Source: Callorhinchus milii
Lineage: Eukaryota
NCBI RefSeq assembly: GCF_018977255.1
Contig: NW_024704743.1
Coordinates: forward strand, 4,838,001-4,902,000
DNA length: 64,000 nt
Direction of reading: 5' to 3'
The position numbers and the translations under genes are program-made. The notes beneath the pieces were generated by a model. It was not told where the DNA came from. It did no database searches and saw nothing but the letters and a program-made list of their open reading frames with translations. Below, piece after piece: positions 26,501 to 40,059 of the stretch; the first letter of the stretch is position 1, and every line of letters starts with the position of its first letter.

Positions 26501-26878
26501 TGGTACTAGGACACAGGAACGCAGATGATCCCAATGGTGTGTGATTGCTGGGGATCATCAATAACATGTTTCATATGATTTGTACCCCCTAAAGTCCTTT
26601 GGACAGAATTCCTTCCCTTTTTCCCCTGTAAGCACAGCCTCTTGTAAGGATATGTAGGTGCTCTGAGATGCTGCCTAGGTGAAGGGTGCTGTATAAATGT
26701 AAGTTTTTATTGCTGCTACGGTATCTCACAGCAGTGGCTACTCTTCACATGTGAGCTAAGATAGTAAACATCAGCATCAGTGCCAAGCTTGATCCTATTC
26801 CCACTCAGTGTCTGCACATTTGCACTTTCCATCAGTAATCAGGGTAGGAACCCTGCTCATCTTTCTCTCCAATTCATT

Positions 26879-26896
26879 GGGGGGGGGGGGGGGGGG
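26879..26896 (+). repeat. Poly-G tract (18 nt)
   Basis: Direct reading. Confidence 0.9.
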
Positions 26897-27483
26897 TGAC
26901 GAGGTTAAATACAAATGCAATTGTATTGCCCCAAATTAACACGACAGGCTAGAACCTGATTATCAGGGAGGGCATCATAGGGCATAAAACAACTTTTTGT
27001 GATATTGCTTTTTACTGACAGCAAAGTGAGCTAAAAATAGCAATTGAATCAATGAAGGTAGAAGTCAGCGGTCAAATTGGGTCCTAACTTCTAGGACAAG
27101 TCAATGATTCTTTCAAAGGCCAACTGTAATATCACCCATACATTTCTTGCAGACTTCTCTTCAATTTCAACTGCTTGGTTGGGTATTCCCAACTCATCCA
27201 CACCAAGGCAAAAAAGTGCCTGGCAAGAAGCATGGGAAGGAAGATCATCAGTCCCTGTGTTATGTCTGCAGAATAAATCGGCTGCTGGTCAGGCTTCCGG
27301 GTTGTCAGGTTGTCACTGCTGTCATTTGTGCATAAGCGAGAGCAGCCAGTGAACACGAGCACTTCTGGCATACTGCAGGTCCTTAACCGGCCCGCACTAT
27401 AAAGAGATAGGCACAATAACAAGTTGCCTTAAAACAAGGTCGGACTTTCTCTCTCTCTATATATGTACATATACAGAGAGAGA

Positions 27484-27812
27484 AATAATCCTTGCACTTG
27501 ATATAATAATAATCCTTGCATTTGATATAGCGCTTTTCACGCCTTCTCGATGTCTCAAAGCGCTTCACAGAATATACTGTAAAGTGAATTGACTGTAGAT
27601 TTGTAGGTGAAACGCGGCAGCCAATTGCGCACAGCAGTGTCCCACAAACAGTCATGGATGGAAGTGACCAATTTATTATTGTTTTTTTTTGAGGGATTAT
27701 TATCAGGCGTGTGGAGTAAGGAAACTTGCCCAAGGTTTCGCCCCCTGCCGGGAATCGAACCCAGATCTTTTGCTTGCGAGGCGAGTGCTCTAACCACTGA
27801 GCTACAGGACTC
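27484..27812 (-). mobile_element. Full-length SINE (short variant) with a duplicated tail segment
   Basis: Intact A and B boxes, core and tail. Confidence 0.9.
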
Positions 27813-28559
27813 TAGTTAACACGTGGCCCACAATAAAACCAGAATATTAGAACCAATCTTCAGATTTAGTATTTATCATGATGTCGTAGGGCATAAAACA
27901 GATGCGAAAAACATGCAATCCTTTAAAATGTTTTTTTCCGCAACTCAGAAAAACAAATGTACCCCAACATAGATTTCATCGCATTCAATCCCTCCTCATT
28001 TTTCAAACACACCTTGTACCCCAAAGTTAATGAGTGATATCCATCTCCACTGCTGAACCCTAGCCTCTTGCTTCCATTCAAAANCAACACCAATTCCAAT
28101 CTCTTCCACACCATTCAATAAAGCAGCACATAGATCAATGCATGCCATGGCATAATTGTTCATCTCAGTCTCCATCTGTATTTCCAATACTACCCTCAAG
28201 CGGAAACCTCACCTTTTTTAAAAAAATACAAATTAGCAAATATAAAAAACGACTCACAAATCGTAGTAAAATAGTGCGACTCGCAATCAATAAACAGAGT
28301 TATAGAGATGAATGAATGAAGAGAAAGACTTTTCCACTTCCCTGTAAAGGGAAGCTAGTGAGATTTTGATTTATTTACCCAATAAATATGTGAATTACAT
28401 ATGGATTGAAAATGCAGATTTTTGCTCATTTATCCCATGCCAACAGGTTACCAAAGACTCAAAAAGGATGCTATTTGCTGGGTAGAAAATGCACGTAAAC
28501 TCATTTTTTTTTAAAAACTCAGCTCTGCAAACTTTCAGAAACTATTAAAAGGGACATAC

Positions 28560-28675
28560 TTTGTTATCCTGTCGAAGTTTGCAATTTGCTTCTGATTGCG
28601 GATGACTTCAATGGCATTCCAGAGTCGCTGGACCACTTGTGAGTCTGACTGCCTCCTTTTGGTTAGACGAGTCAT
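28560..28675 (-). CDS. ZMYND11: ZMYND11 first coding exon (exon 2), [39 protein letters not shown]; the exon including 5'UTR spans 28696-28560
   Basis: Manual translation matches the human ZMYND11 N-terminus ([39 protein letters not shown]). Acceptor tcttttgatgcag, donor gtatgt, 116 coding nt, phase 2. Confidence 0.96.
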
Positions 28676-30677
28676 GGTCTTATCTAGTCAGCGTGGCTGC
28701 ATCAAAAGAATAAAGACAACAGGGTTAGTCGAGAAGTGATACTGGTCTTAAACCCTGGTTATTTATTCAGTTGCAGAAGGCAGACATTTAGACAATGGAC
28801 TTTTTAGTATTTTTTCCTTTCTTTTGCAAAAAAGAAACAAAGGACAACCAACCAAATTTGGGGTGTGAATTTCATGCAAACGATAATTGAGAATGTAAAA
28901 AAAATTGCAGAAAGCTGGAGGGTGGCCACATGCAGAACTATTGAACTTATGACATTCGTGCCATGGTCTGATGAATTTGGTTTTCTAGGTCTATTTCTTG
29001 AATGTTTTATGCCAATGTTTCCCCCCACCTAAGTCACTTGAATTGTCAGATTTTCAGCATTCACAAAGGAAATGCAAAGCCAAGGAATTGAAAAGGGAAA
29101 ATAAGTAAAAATGAAAGCAAGAAGTAAAAAGTTATAAACGATTAAAGAGAAACAAGAGAGAATGATGAAACTCAAATTTTAAAAATGTTTTATATAGCAC
29201 AAGATAAAAGAAAGTAGAAAAGGCGCAGGCAGGAAATTATAGACATAAACCAACAAAATAATCAGATCATCTTCCAAATCTAGAAGAACTAGAAGCCAAT
29301 GATAATCTAAACCACTGAACATAGTTTGTTACATACACACACACTCAAGGTGCAGCGTCACATCTAGCTAACCACTGTTATTGGTATTCCTCCTTTCTTC
29401 TCCCTCCTCCAAACACTTCTCTCTCCCAAGTAACTCAATGCTGCGCAGTAATCCTCAAGTAGACAGTTTTCCTTCCTCAAACTAGAGTTTTATTGGATGC
29501 TGAGGCCCGCTTATTCAAAGATCCGTCAAAGACTAACACTGCCGATGACATTCTTCCCAAAGCTTTGTCCCAGGTAAAGTAAGGTAGTAAAGTAAATTTC
29601 TTGAAATTAGTCAATACTGAAGATGAATAATTGGTGGAGCTGATGAACAGGTAATCCTCAAACAAGATACGACAATCAATTCAAAGCTGGGTTGTCATCA
29701 AACGTGGTTTTGCTACAGTACTGGTTGGTTTATGCCAACAACAAGATTACATTTGTATAGCGCCTTTCACATCGGGAGGAGCATTTCAGACTGAACAGCA
29801 GTCGTAGAATTGAAGGAGCCGTGAGATCAAAAAATCGTGAGTTTATGAAATTGTGGTTCTCCCTTTTGTAACCTGGGACCGAACTCTGCCTACCCTGACT
29901 ACACACACACACACACATCACATATTGACCAACATGTCTCCTGCTCGTTCCTCATTCCCTGCATCCCACGTTTTCAACCGTTCCGCACCAGTTTTCAAAA
30001 GCTATATCCTAAAATTATTTTACCTTGAGTCTTCTCTCCTCCCTCTCTTTGGCCTTACCTTTGGCGCACATGCTCAAACTCCTCTTTCTTCTACCCTGCT
30101 CAGTAATCCTAACCAATTTGGTAAACCACTTTTGAGAAATTATTTTACTTGAAAGCTGTTATGCAAAGTTATGCAAGTTGTTGAAAACATGACAAAAACA
30201 TACTGATTAAAGGATTAATTAGTTACTATACATCATTCCACACAATTGTTCAATTCATCTTTCCAAGCATATTGCATGTGATTGCTCTCTAGGAATACAT
30301 CCAACCAGGATCTATCCAAGGATATCAATCAACTGAAACAGGAAGCACATGGCTGTTGTTTGTATGTACAAAACTTAGTTACACTTCCTTACAGTAGTAC
30401 AATATCTACTAACTGGGAAGTAGCTTTTGTACTCCCTGAATATCTTTAAAAGTATATCTTTCTTGCTTTTCACTTAAAATCTTTGATCTTATGAATAAAT
30501 ATAATTTCTTGCATTTATACGGAGTAGAATAAAGTCTCAGAGCATTTTACATTAGTGGTCAAAAGATATGGCATTATTAGATTCAACCAAAAGTTTGATT
30601 TAAAGTTTTACAAATTTTAGTTTCAACCATTTTACTTTTGTTACTCATTAATGAACAGTTTGGTGTCAGGAGAAAGC

Positions 30678-30968
30678 AATAATAATAATAATGGTACTTG
30701 CATATGATATAACAATAATCCTTGCAATTTGATATAGCGCTTTCACGTCTTCAAGACATCTCAAAGCGCTTCACAGAATAAACTGTAAAGTGAATGACTG
30801 TATAGTTGTGGGCAAAACGCGGCAGCCAATTACACACAGCAGTGTCCCCACAAACAGTCGTGGATTGAAGTGACCACTTTTATTAATGTTTTTTTCTTGA
30901 GGGATTATTATCAGGCGTGTGGAGTAAGGAAACTTGCCCAAGGTTTCACCCTGCCAGGAATCGAACCC
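30678..30968 (-). mobile_element. SINE, 5'-truncated
   Basis: Tail, core and B box are present. Confidence 0.85.
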
Positions 30969-32509
30969 ACTGAGTCTCAGAACTCCACGTCTTCCAGAAG
31001 TCTCAAAGCGCTCGAATGTTTTGAAACTGGTTATAGAATTCATTTAATTCATGTTTCAATCATTTTCCTTATATTGCAGAATATGAGTAGATCCTTGGAA
31101 ACGACATTATGTACCTACTGCGCTAAAAAGATGGATATTCCTGAACTTGATCGAAACCTCAGGGAAAATCACCATGTGTTGCAAGACACTCCTTTTCTCT
31201 CTACCTGGTTTGAATATTATGGATGTCCTTAATTTCACAACAGAATCACCAATATTGGAAATTTGCCGTATAAAGATTGTGGCCCAATGCAACTTTCATC
31301 TGCAACTCGGCTGTGTATTACGGGAAGAACTGAAATATGAGGTATGTGCCTACAGGGCAGGAAACGAGGAAAGGGGGGGGAAATCATCAAAGAATCCAAG
31401 TTCTTAGCATCTTCCCAAAACCTGTGAACAGATGTGAAGATGCGGTCAGGACCAGAGGGAGAAATTCCATCCACCTCTAGCCTTCAGACTTGTTCGTTTT
31501 ACAATTTATTGTGTGCACATTTGGGGGTAATTCATTAATTCTGTCTAATTTTGAAGCCAGGTTTCTGTAAATTCTCCCTCAGAATGGGTGGTAAATTAGA
31601 GGCCAACAGGGCCACAAAATCACAGATAAAAAAATCCACTTTTTTTTCCCTTCTCCTCACCACCCCCCCCCCACCCGTTCATCACACAGAATTTAATGCC
31701 AACAGGAGAATTCCTAGAACTGTATGTCTAGGTCTAGTATGTTCAACGTGCACTGCCTGAGCAGACAGCAGCTGCATATTCCAGTTGGCCTGAAATCTGA
31801 GCCTATTCCTCAGTTGGCGCATATAACAATGATGCGAGTCTGGCTCACGACTGCTCCCTTCACTTCACTTCCAACCATCTGAAAGGAGACAGGGAACTTG
31901 TACAAATTAGAAGTGTACAAGGGTTGAAAAGAACCTTTAAAAGTTTGCTCAGACCTGATCTAGATTTCCAACGTGAAAGGTTCTCTACCAAAGGCAAGGA
32001 TTATTATTATTATTATTTCAACCTACACTGAGTTAAGTGTACTTGAAAACTTTTTTAAGCATTCGGACGAAAGGAAATGTCCGTCCGTTAGATGAGATGT
32101 CAAAGATCCTACAGCACTATTCAAAAAGAAAAGGCTTCCTGCAGCCAACAACTCCCCAAATAAAATTCATCATTCTTCATGGCTGTCTGTGAGACATTGC
32201 CAGTTGGCTGCAGGGTTTGTCCACAAAACTCAAAGCGCTTTATAGCAGATCCTGCGAGGCGTTCTGAGACTTCCTCCTGACACGAAATACACTATTATCA
32301 AGTGTAAGGATTATTATTATCAATAATGATTATTAAACAGGTTGGGTCAAGCATAGGTTACTAGTTGCCTCAAGTATTAATTTTTATCAGGGCCAGCTTT
32401 ATTCAGCCCCCACAAGGTTAATCATGCATCCCTCCATTGCATGCCATTTTCCGCCATAACAACTTAGCTTTAACCCCTTCAAACAGTAACACAAATCTTA
32501 AATTACTTT

Positions 32510-32690
32510 GAGGGTAGTGGAGACGGTCAAAAGTGTGGAGGGAGGGATGAGTGGGGGCTGGAAGGGGAGCGAGAGGTGAGGACAGAGTGGCAGTAGAGGA
32601 GGTCAAAACGGCAAAGTGGATCCCCTCAACTTTGGACTCGAGGAAATCCACCATCTCCTTGCATTTGGTGTTGGAAGAGAGGAGAAAGAA
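32510..32690 (-). mobile_element. L2 ORF2 internal fragment
   Basis: CKEMVDFLESKVEGI...PTHPSLHTFD, homologous to 59655-60045. Confidence 0.65.
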
Positions 32691-32759
32691 GATAACTGAG
32701 GCTCTAGTATATATAGTGAATATAATTTTTATATACATATATACATATAAAAATATCAA

Positions 32760-34260
32760 CTCTGTAGAGAAAGGAACCGTGCCAGAAGACTGAAGAATGG
32801 CCAATGTAATACTCATTTTTATAAAGTGCGATTGACCTAATCCAGGAAACTACTGGCCAGTCAATTTAATGTCGGTTGTGGGCAAGGCATTAGAATCTAT
32901 CATAAAAAATGAATTAATTAGGCATCTGAAGGAGAATATAATTAAGAACAGCCAGCGTGGATTTACAAAAGGACGGTTATGCTTGACCAACTTTATTGAA
33001 TTCTTTGAAGATGTAACAGGTAAACAACAACAACAACTTGGATTTATATAGCGCCCTCCACGCCGGACGGCGTCTCAGAGTGCTTGTAGACAAAGCAAAT
33101 GCAGTGGATGTATTATATCTGGATTTCCAGAAGGCCTTTCATATAGTGCCACATGAAATGCTCACGACAAAAATAGGGGCATGTAGAATCGGGAAAGAGG
33201 TAGCAGTATGGATTAAAGAAGGAAACTGAAAGCAAAGGGTAGAAGTTAAGGATATGACTGGTAACAAATAGGAAGTCTAAAACTGGTAAGAAATAGGAAG
33301 TGGTGCTCTGCAGAGTTAGGATCACTAATGTTCACCATACACAAATGATTTGGATTCAGGTATAGGTGTGGTGTCAAAATTTGGAGATGACATCAAACTG
33401 ACGGATGTGATGAGCAGTGAAAGGGATTGCAGAAGAACCTGTGAAGAAATGAACAGGCTAGCAGAAATGGCAGGTAGACTGTAAATGAAGCTTAATGAAG
33501 CAAAATGTCAAGTATTTCACTTTGGTGAGAAAAGTAAAGAAGCCATCCATAGTCCATTGGTAACCACTGGTAATATAACCTAAGAGGAGTAGAGATTTGG
33601 GGATTCAGATCCACAAACCTCTAACAGTAGCGACATTGATAGATAAAGCTATATAAAAGGCCAATGGGCTCTTGGTCTGCACATCCAGAGGGATGCAGTA
33701 TAAAAGTGAGGAGATGATACTGAATTTGTAGAAAACCAGGGTACGTTTACGAGGATAGGACTCGCAGGTTACAACAACAACAAGATTCCATTTATAGAGC
33801 GCCTTTCACTTCGGGAGAACGTCCCAAGGCCCTGGACAGTTGGGTCAGGACCCGAGGTTACTGCTATCAGGATAGATTGGATAGGTTGGGCCTTTTTTCC
33901 CCTAGAGAAGAAACTTTTAAGGGGTGGCGGGGACCTCATAGAAATGTTTAAAATTATTAAAAGGTTTGACGGGGTTAACATAAATAGGCTGTTGGCGACT
34001 CAAATATAAGATAGCGACTAATAGGAGAAACTGCTTCACACAGAGGCTAGTGAGATTGTGAAACTCGCTGCATAAATTGGTGGTTCAATCAGATAGCATA
34101 GATACATTCAAGAGAAATCTCCTTCAGATAAGGGAGATGGGAATAGAAGAGTATGGGAAGGAGTAAAGCAATGGGTGGAGACTCATGTGGAGTATAAACA
34201 CTGGTATGGACTGGTTGGGCCGAGTGGCCCGTTACTGTGCTGTACATTCTTTGTAAATCT
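32760..34260 (+). mobile_element. Decayed CR1 LINE, reverse-transcriptase region to 3' end
   Basis: RT motifs VPED, NYWPVNLMSVVGKALESII, SQRGFTKGRLCLTN, VDVLYLDFQKAF, KFGDDIKL, with stops and frameshifts. Confidence 0.9.
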
Positions 34261-34778
34261 TTATAAATATTCAATAGGTAAAGGCTGATTGTAGGGAATG
34301 GTCTGCCCTACCTCCAATTCTGCCAAAGCTCTTTTTTTAAAAAAAAACATGTTGATCAATTAGATTAGAGTCCAAGAGTTCAGCAGTAAATGTTGTACAG
34401 TACAAAGGTTCAAAGAGAATACTAATGGGAAAACAAGCTGTCAAATTAGGTGTGGCCAATTCAGGATTCTTTTAAAAAAAAGTACTACAGGTCCAATGGA
34501 GGTAGAAAATACTGCTGTAACACTTGTTAGTTAATCTCTGGAACAAAATCACTGAATTTATGATACCTGCGGGCTGATTATCCACAAATGGAACTGATCT
34601 CTCTCTCAATGACCAACAGGAAGTAATAATTTTGTGGAGCCACCAACTTTGTACAACAACACAGCCCCTTTCTGCAGATAGCCTTTTGTGTACATTTGGC
34701 AAGATACTGAACAGCACACTTGGGTTTATTTCGAGGATGCAAACACTTGTTCAGGACTATAATCTACCAATAATAATT

Positions 34779-35100
34779 CTTCCATTTGACACAGTGCCTT
34801 ATCGAGTTGTTGAGACATCTCAAACTGCTTCACAGAATGTATTGTAAAGTGAATTGACCGTAATTTTGTGGCCAAAACGCAGCAGCCAATTCCCCACAGC
34901 GGTGTTCCACAAACGGTTGTGGATTGAGTGACCAAGTTATTTATATAGTTTGAAGGGATTATTATCCTTCCAAATAAATAAAACGGAAGTGATTTGTCAA
35001 TTAACTAGCAACCGAGTTCCTGCTCACTGCTTGGTAAACAGAGGCATGTGGAGTAAGGAAATTTGCCTAAGACTCCGTCCTATCCAGGAATTGAAACCGG
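34779..35100 (-). mobile_element. SINE (long variant, diverged)
   Basis: Tail, core and partial head. Confidence 0.8.
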
Positions 35101-36329
35101 CCCCTCCATTGTTTCACGCCTTTGTCAATTACTAGTGCACGTGATTTTCTTTGCAGGTGATAGTATCATACTACAGAATGGTTAACACCCACTTTACGTT
35201 AAACAGCAAACAGTATACCGCAGCCAAAGAGAAATGAAGAGTGGCCAGAAGAATACTGCATTATCTTCAAAGATGGGATGAAATCAATAACACTGTTGGG
35301 AGACAGAACTCTCTCTAATATTGCTCATCTATCTTTATAATGGTTACTCTTCAGTTGCAAACATTGGAGCTCCTTGTACTTAATGCAAATTTCCAGTAAA
35401 ATCACTTAATGCACTATTAATACAGTGGTTGGATTCTTTAACAGCATTAATTTTGACCTTCAAGTTTCCATGGTCTACAAAGAACTGTACTTGCTCAGCA
35501 ATGAAATATTTGACAGGCTATATATATATAAAAAAAACTTTGGATTCCGTCTGTTTCTATGTAGACCAGTGGATTTAAGGACTGTTTGGTTTGTAGCTCT
35601 TAAATCAGATCTCTAACACAAAAGTTGCTGCAGTTATATATGCCAGTATAAGCAATGACAGCATAATTATGAAAGCCACATAGACTGGTCATCTAGCCTA
35701 GAAAACATGCTCCCAATGGATTTTGGTGTCTGAATTCAACAACAAAATTATACTTGTATAATGCCTTTCATGTTGGGAGGTCGTCCCAAGGCGCTGTCCT
35801 TTAACACAGAGAAGTTTATATACTGAATTAGCCATGTCTTGTTAATCTGGCTTTGCTGAAGAAGCTAAGAGAATTTGTGATTTTCCCATCACCCAGCAGA
35901 ATCAAACCTATGACACATCTATTTACAATATACTTGTCTCCAGCTACACCTCATCCCACCTATTATTAAGACAGTGATGCTTCGCTCTTGCAGTTTGATA
36001 ACTTGATGGGATTGTAGTTTGGGTTCTGCTGCCTCTGATTGAATACCTTCTATACACAATGTAGAGGAGCAAAAAGAAAGGCGTCCATAAGCTTTGTTTT
36101 TGTGCACATGTGCAATAGCAACACTTTTAATACACAATGCCATGTGCACATGATGCCATTTGGGCATGTGGTTTGACGATACTACATATTCCACACTTGT
36201 ATAGAAACACCCATTCCCTCAATGATCGGCTACCTACATAACAGAGGTGGAACAAAGGACGAGGAACAAAGCCTTTTAATGTCATTGAGTTAACAGTAAA
36301 ACAAAGAAAGTTCTCCCAACTTCTCTCAG

Positions 36330-36705
36330 CCTTGCCCCCCACCCCGCCTATTCACACATCCTCTGGGTCTTTGATGCATCTTTTCTTTCTATAATCTCCC
36401 ACGATTGCCTTCTTTTGTCTTGCACGATCAACACCTCTGATCTTGTCATCTTCCGTCCTCCACCTAAATGTTTCCTCGTCTTTCTTTCCCTTTCTCTGCT
36501 TGTCTTCACAATCTGCTCCCTTTCAATACCCCCCCCACTCAGTTCTGACGAAAGGTCATCGACCTGAAATGTTAACTCATTTTCCTCTCTTCATAGATGC
36601 TGTCTGATCTTGCTGCGCGCTCCCAGCGACTTCTGATTTTCTTTTAAAGTTTCCAACTATTCACAAAACATGGTTCTGATGAAGGCTCTTACTCCAAATT
36701 AACTA
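36330..36705 (+). mobile_element. Penelope-like element terminal-repeat remnant
   Basis: Pyrimidine-rich tract followed by agttctgacgaaaggtcatcgacctgaaatgttaactc...agatgctgtctgatcttgctg, a motif I recognise from shark Penelope-like ends. Confidence 0.65.
36541..36577 (+). ncRNA. Candidate minimal type-I hammerhead ribozyme
   Basis: AGUU / CUGACGA / A-AGGUC-auc-GACCU / GAAA / UGUU / AACU: both conserved core boxes, a 5-bp stem II and a 4-bp stem I. Confidence 0.55.
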
Positions 36706-37602
36706 AGTAGTTAAATAAGTCATTATTTAGTTGGATCCAGCAAGGTTCTTTTTAAACTCCACTTAACTGTAATAAATTTCAAACGTTGCTGTAAAGCCTC
36801 TTCTCAATTGATTTGAGAGATCAAGCTTCTGAGGAGCGGATTGCTCAATTGGCACTCTGAACACAAGTTTTTCAATACACTTTTCTTTTGCGTCAACCAC
36901 CTTAAGCAACAGATTATCTTGTCTTCGTTCAGCCCATCTGATACCCCACATGCTCCGCACTGTTGTGAGCCTAAATTCAAACGGAACCAAATCAAACAAG
37001 AAAAAAAACAGCTCAATGCTCAATCTATCAGGGAGGAGACAGAAAGGACAAAACAAAGTCGATCGTAAAAATGCAGTAACTATTTTCTTGCAGGCATGAG
37101 TTAGGAACTGTTTAACAAAGAGTTGATATGTCAGGCCTGCTGCAGGTAAACCTGCAATAAGATGCAGTCTGTTTTGAGTTTTGAATTCATAATTCAAATG
37201 GTGCAGTCTGCCCCTGGCATGGAAAACCCCCGAGCTACTTAGTGCAACATTTTAGTTTTGTTTTAAATACTCAAAGAGGAAAGAACACTAGGTAGATTAC
37301 TTTATGTACAAGTACTCCCCCTTTTTAAGAGACTAAAATCAAAACTGAGGTGAGTTTTCTTTGGCCTCATCTTTTTTGCAGAAAATTGCTTTTTGGTAGC
37401 TTGGAAACACTGACATCAACACCCATTAATTGGCTCAATAAACTGAGAGGTTTGGGGAGGTACTTTGTATAAAAAGTGTGCTTCCCAGCCACTTCCCTTT
37501 CACATGTAAACATCCAGGGTGACTTTAGTCTATTCCAAATGCGATTTACTTTTTAACTGCTGGAGTGCTGCAATGCCACCAAAATCATATCATAAAACAA
37601 TC

Positions 37603-37907
37603 ATAATAAATAATATAATCCTTGCATTTGATATGGCACTTTTCACATCTTTTAGACGCCTCAAAGCGCTTCACAGAATATACCATTAATGAATTAACTG
37701 AACGTCTGTGGGCGAAACGTGGCAGCCAATTGCACACAGCAGTGTGAACTGAGTGACCAAATTATTATTGTTATAATTTTTTTCTTGAGGGAATATTATC
37801 AGGCGAGTGGAGTAAGGAAACTTGCTCAAGGTTTCGCCCTGCTGGGAATCGAACCCAGGTCTCTCGCTTGCGAGGCGAGTGCTCTAACCATTGAGCTACA
37901 GGACTCC
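37603..37907 (-). mobile_element. SINE with an intact head and an internal deletion
   Basis: A and B boxes and tail present. Confidence 0.85.
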
Positions 37908-40059
37908 ATAACAAGTACCATTAGAACAAAATTGATGTGGATCCTTCTGCAGGTTTGGATGCATAAAATCTTACAGCACAGAAGCAGTCCATCTTTACCG
38001 GACCACCGCCTTTACCCCATAGCCTGAAAATGTTTCCTTTTCAAGTACCTATCCAATTCCCTTTTGAAAGATGCTATCGAATTCAAGTATCAAAATTATC
38101 TTTATTGTACCCTAATAATATAATGACTGCACAGTAAAACAAGTACTTATTAAAGCTTGATGTAATTCTGCTATACAGGAGCAGGATATCTAACATCCAC
38201 TCACAAGCATTTGCTAACACATACTGAATGATGAAACGTGGCACACAAAAGCCAACAAAATCCCATTACTTTGTTCCCTGTGACAGGTATTTTGTATTCG
38301 GGAATAATTCTTTACAAAATGGCTTATTTTGAAACGGCAAAATAAAAAAGATCACATAGTAATCTATGATTTTATTTAATTATACTCTAGTGCACACTGG
38401 ATGCGATAGAACATAGTACTTTGTTTTTTTCTCTCTTTGCTCTCTCATCTGAAAGTGTTCACTCGTGTTGGGGTACAGTCCCACAGTGCTGGTTACAATC
38501 AGTACCTAATCCAGGTTTATTTATCCCATGTGAGCCTATACAGTGGATATTGGCAAGCAATTATAATAATAATTGATATAGTGCCTTATCATTCTCTTCA
38601 TACAGTTTCCTGTGAAGTGTAGTGACGTTGTGCAAACAAGCTGCCTCGTTCGCCTACAAATACAAAGTCATATCGCACAGTATTGAAATGAATAACTTTT
38701 TTTTCTGGGATACCGGTTGGCCCCAGGACACTTGAAGAAACGCTTCTCTTTTTAATTAGTAGTATTTCACCCACAAAGTACAGTCAATTCACTTTACAGT
38801 ATATTCTGTGAAGCGCTTTAAGACGTCTCGACATGTTAAGGAGCCACAGCGAATGCAAGGAATATTATTAGCTTTAATGTCAACTTGAGCAGCAGATGGG
38901 ACTTCAGTTTAAAATCTCATCTATAAGGCAGCACCTCCAACGATGCCGCACTTCTCCCAGCACTGGCCTGGAATGGCAGCCTAGCCTGTGAGTTCAAATT
39001 CCCAATATGGGGATTGAACCGTCAACCTTCAATTTAAGAGGTAACATAAATTGTAACATAACATAAACTGGGGCGCTACCCTATGTGAGGGCAGCTGTAT
39101 AAATGCAAGTAGTTGCTGTTGGAGACTTCTGCCTAAGCAAGCCTGATACCTTGCTACATCAGGACATTACAGTCAAGCCCAAACGTATCCACACCTGATT
39201 TATGCACACGCTCACTCAACCACCAAAACCTGTTGAGCAATGACTAACAACTAAACCACTGCAGGGGAATGATGAATGAAGACCTTAAATTGAGGTCCCG
39301 TCTGGCTATTCAGGTGGACATTAAAGATCCTGTGGCACTATTAAACTACTATCATGGTTGTTTGTGAATCGTTGCTGTGCCAAATCGGTTGCCCCACTTG
39401 CCTACAAAACACACAATCATTGGACTTTACAGTATATCCTATAAAGCTCTCCGAGATGTCCTTCTGAAATGAAAGCGGCGCTATATCAAATTCGAGGATG
39501 ATTATTATTAATTCAGTTTAGCCTGCTGTCTACCACTCATGTTTTTTATGATTTGATGATTTGAGAATCAAAATGAAATAGTAATGCACACTTGCTGCAT
39601 TCTGGACTGAATGGACCGAGTTACAGCACTAAATTCACAAGTTTTACTTCAATACAGAAACCAATCTTCATTTTCCGCAAAGTGAACTTTCTACGAATCT
39701 CTGAAGAAGAGGAAGTAACTAAAGTAACATGGAAGATTGGATTCAAAACTACAGCCATAAAGAATAGCCATTTTAAAATACAACAGACTAGATCAATCTA
39801 GGATGCAATCCACTGATAGGAAAAAGGCTAATTTTTAAATTTAAGAAAGAGGTTCAACAGAGGTTCAACAAAATAATTATGTAGAATTAAAAGAAATTAG
39901 AAGGTTGAATTGAAAGAAAATTGCATTGAAAATGCAGCTCGGTATAACTACAATTAATATTAAAGGTATTAAAAAGTACAATTCTAATGTGCGCAAAGGG
40001 GATTAGAAAAATTATTAACAAGCACAGGGTTAAAGAACAGACAGACTGGAAGGGAATGA

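Noticed and set aside
36763..37197. 144-aa ORF and other 60-140 aa ORFs outside the exons and LINEs
   Set aside because: No recognisable domains or supporting exon structure; consistent with chance or repeat-derived ORFs.
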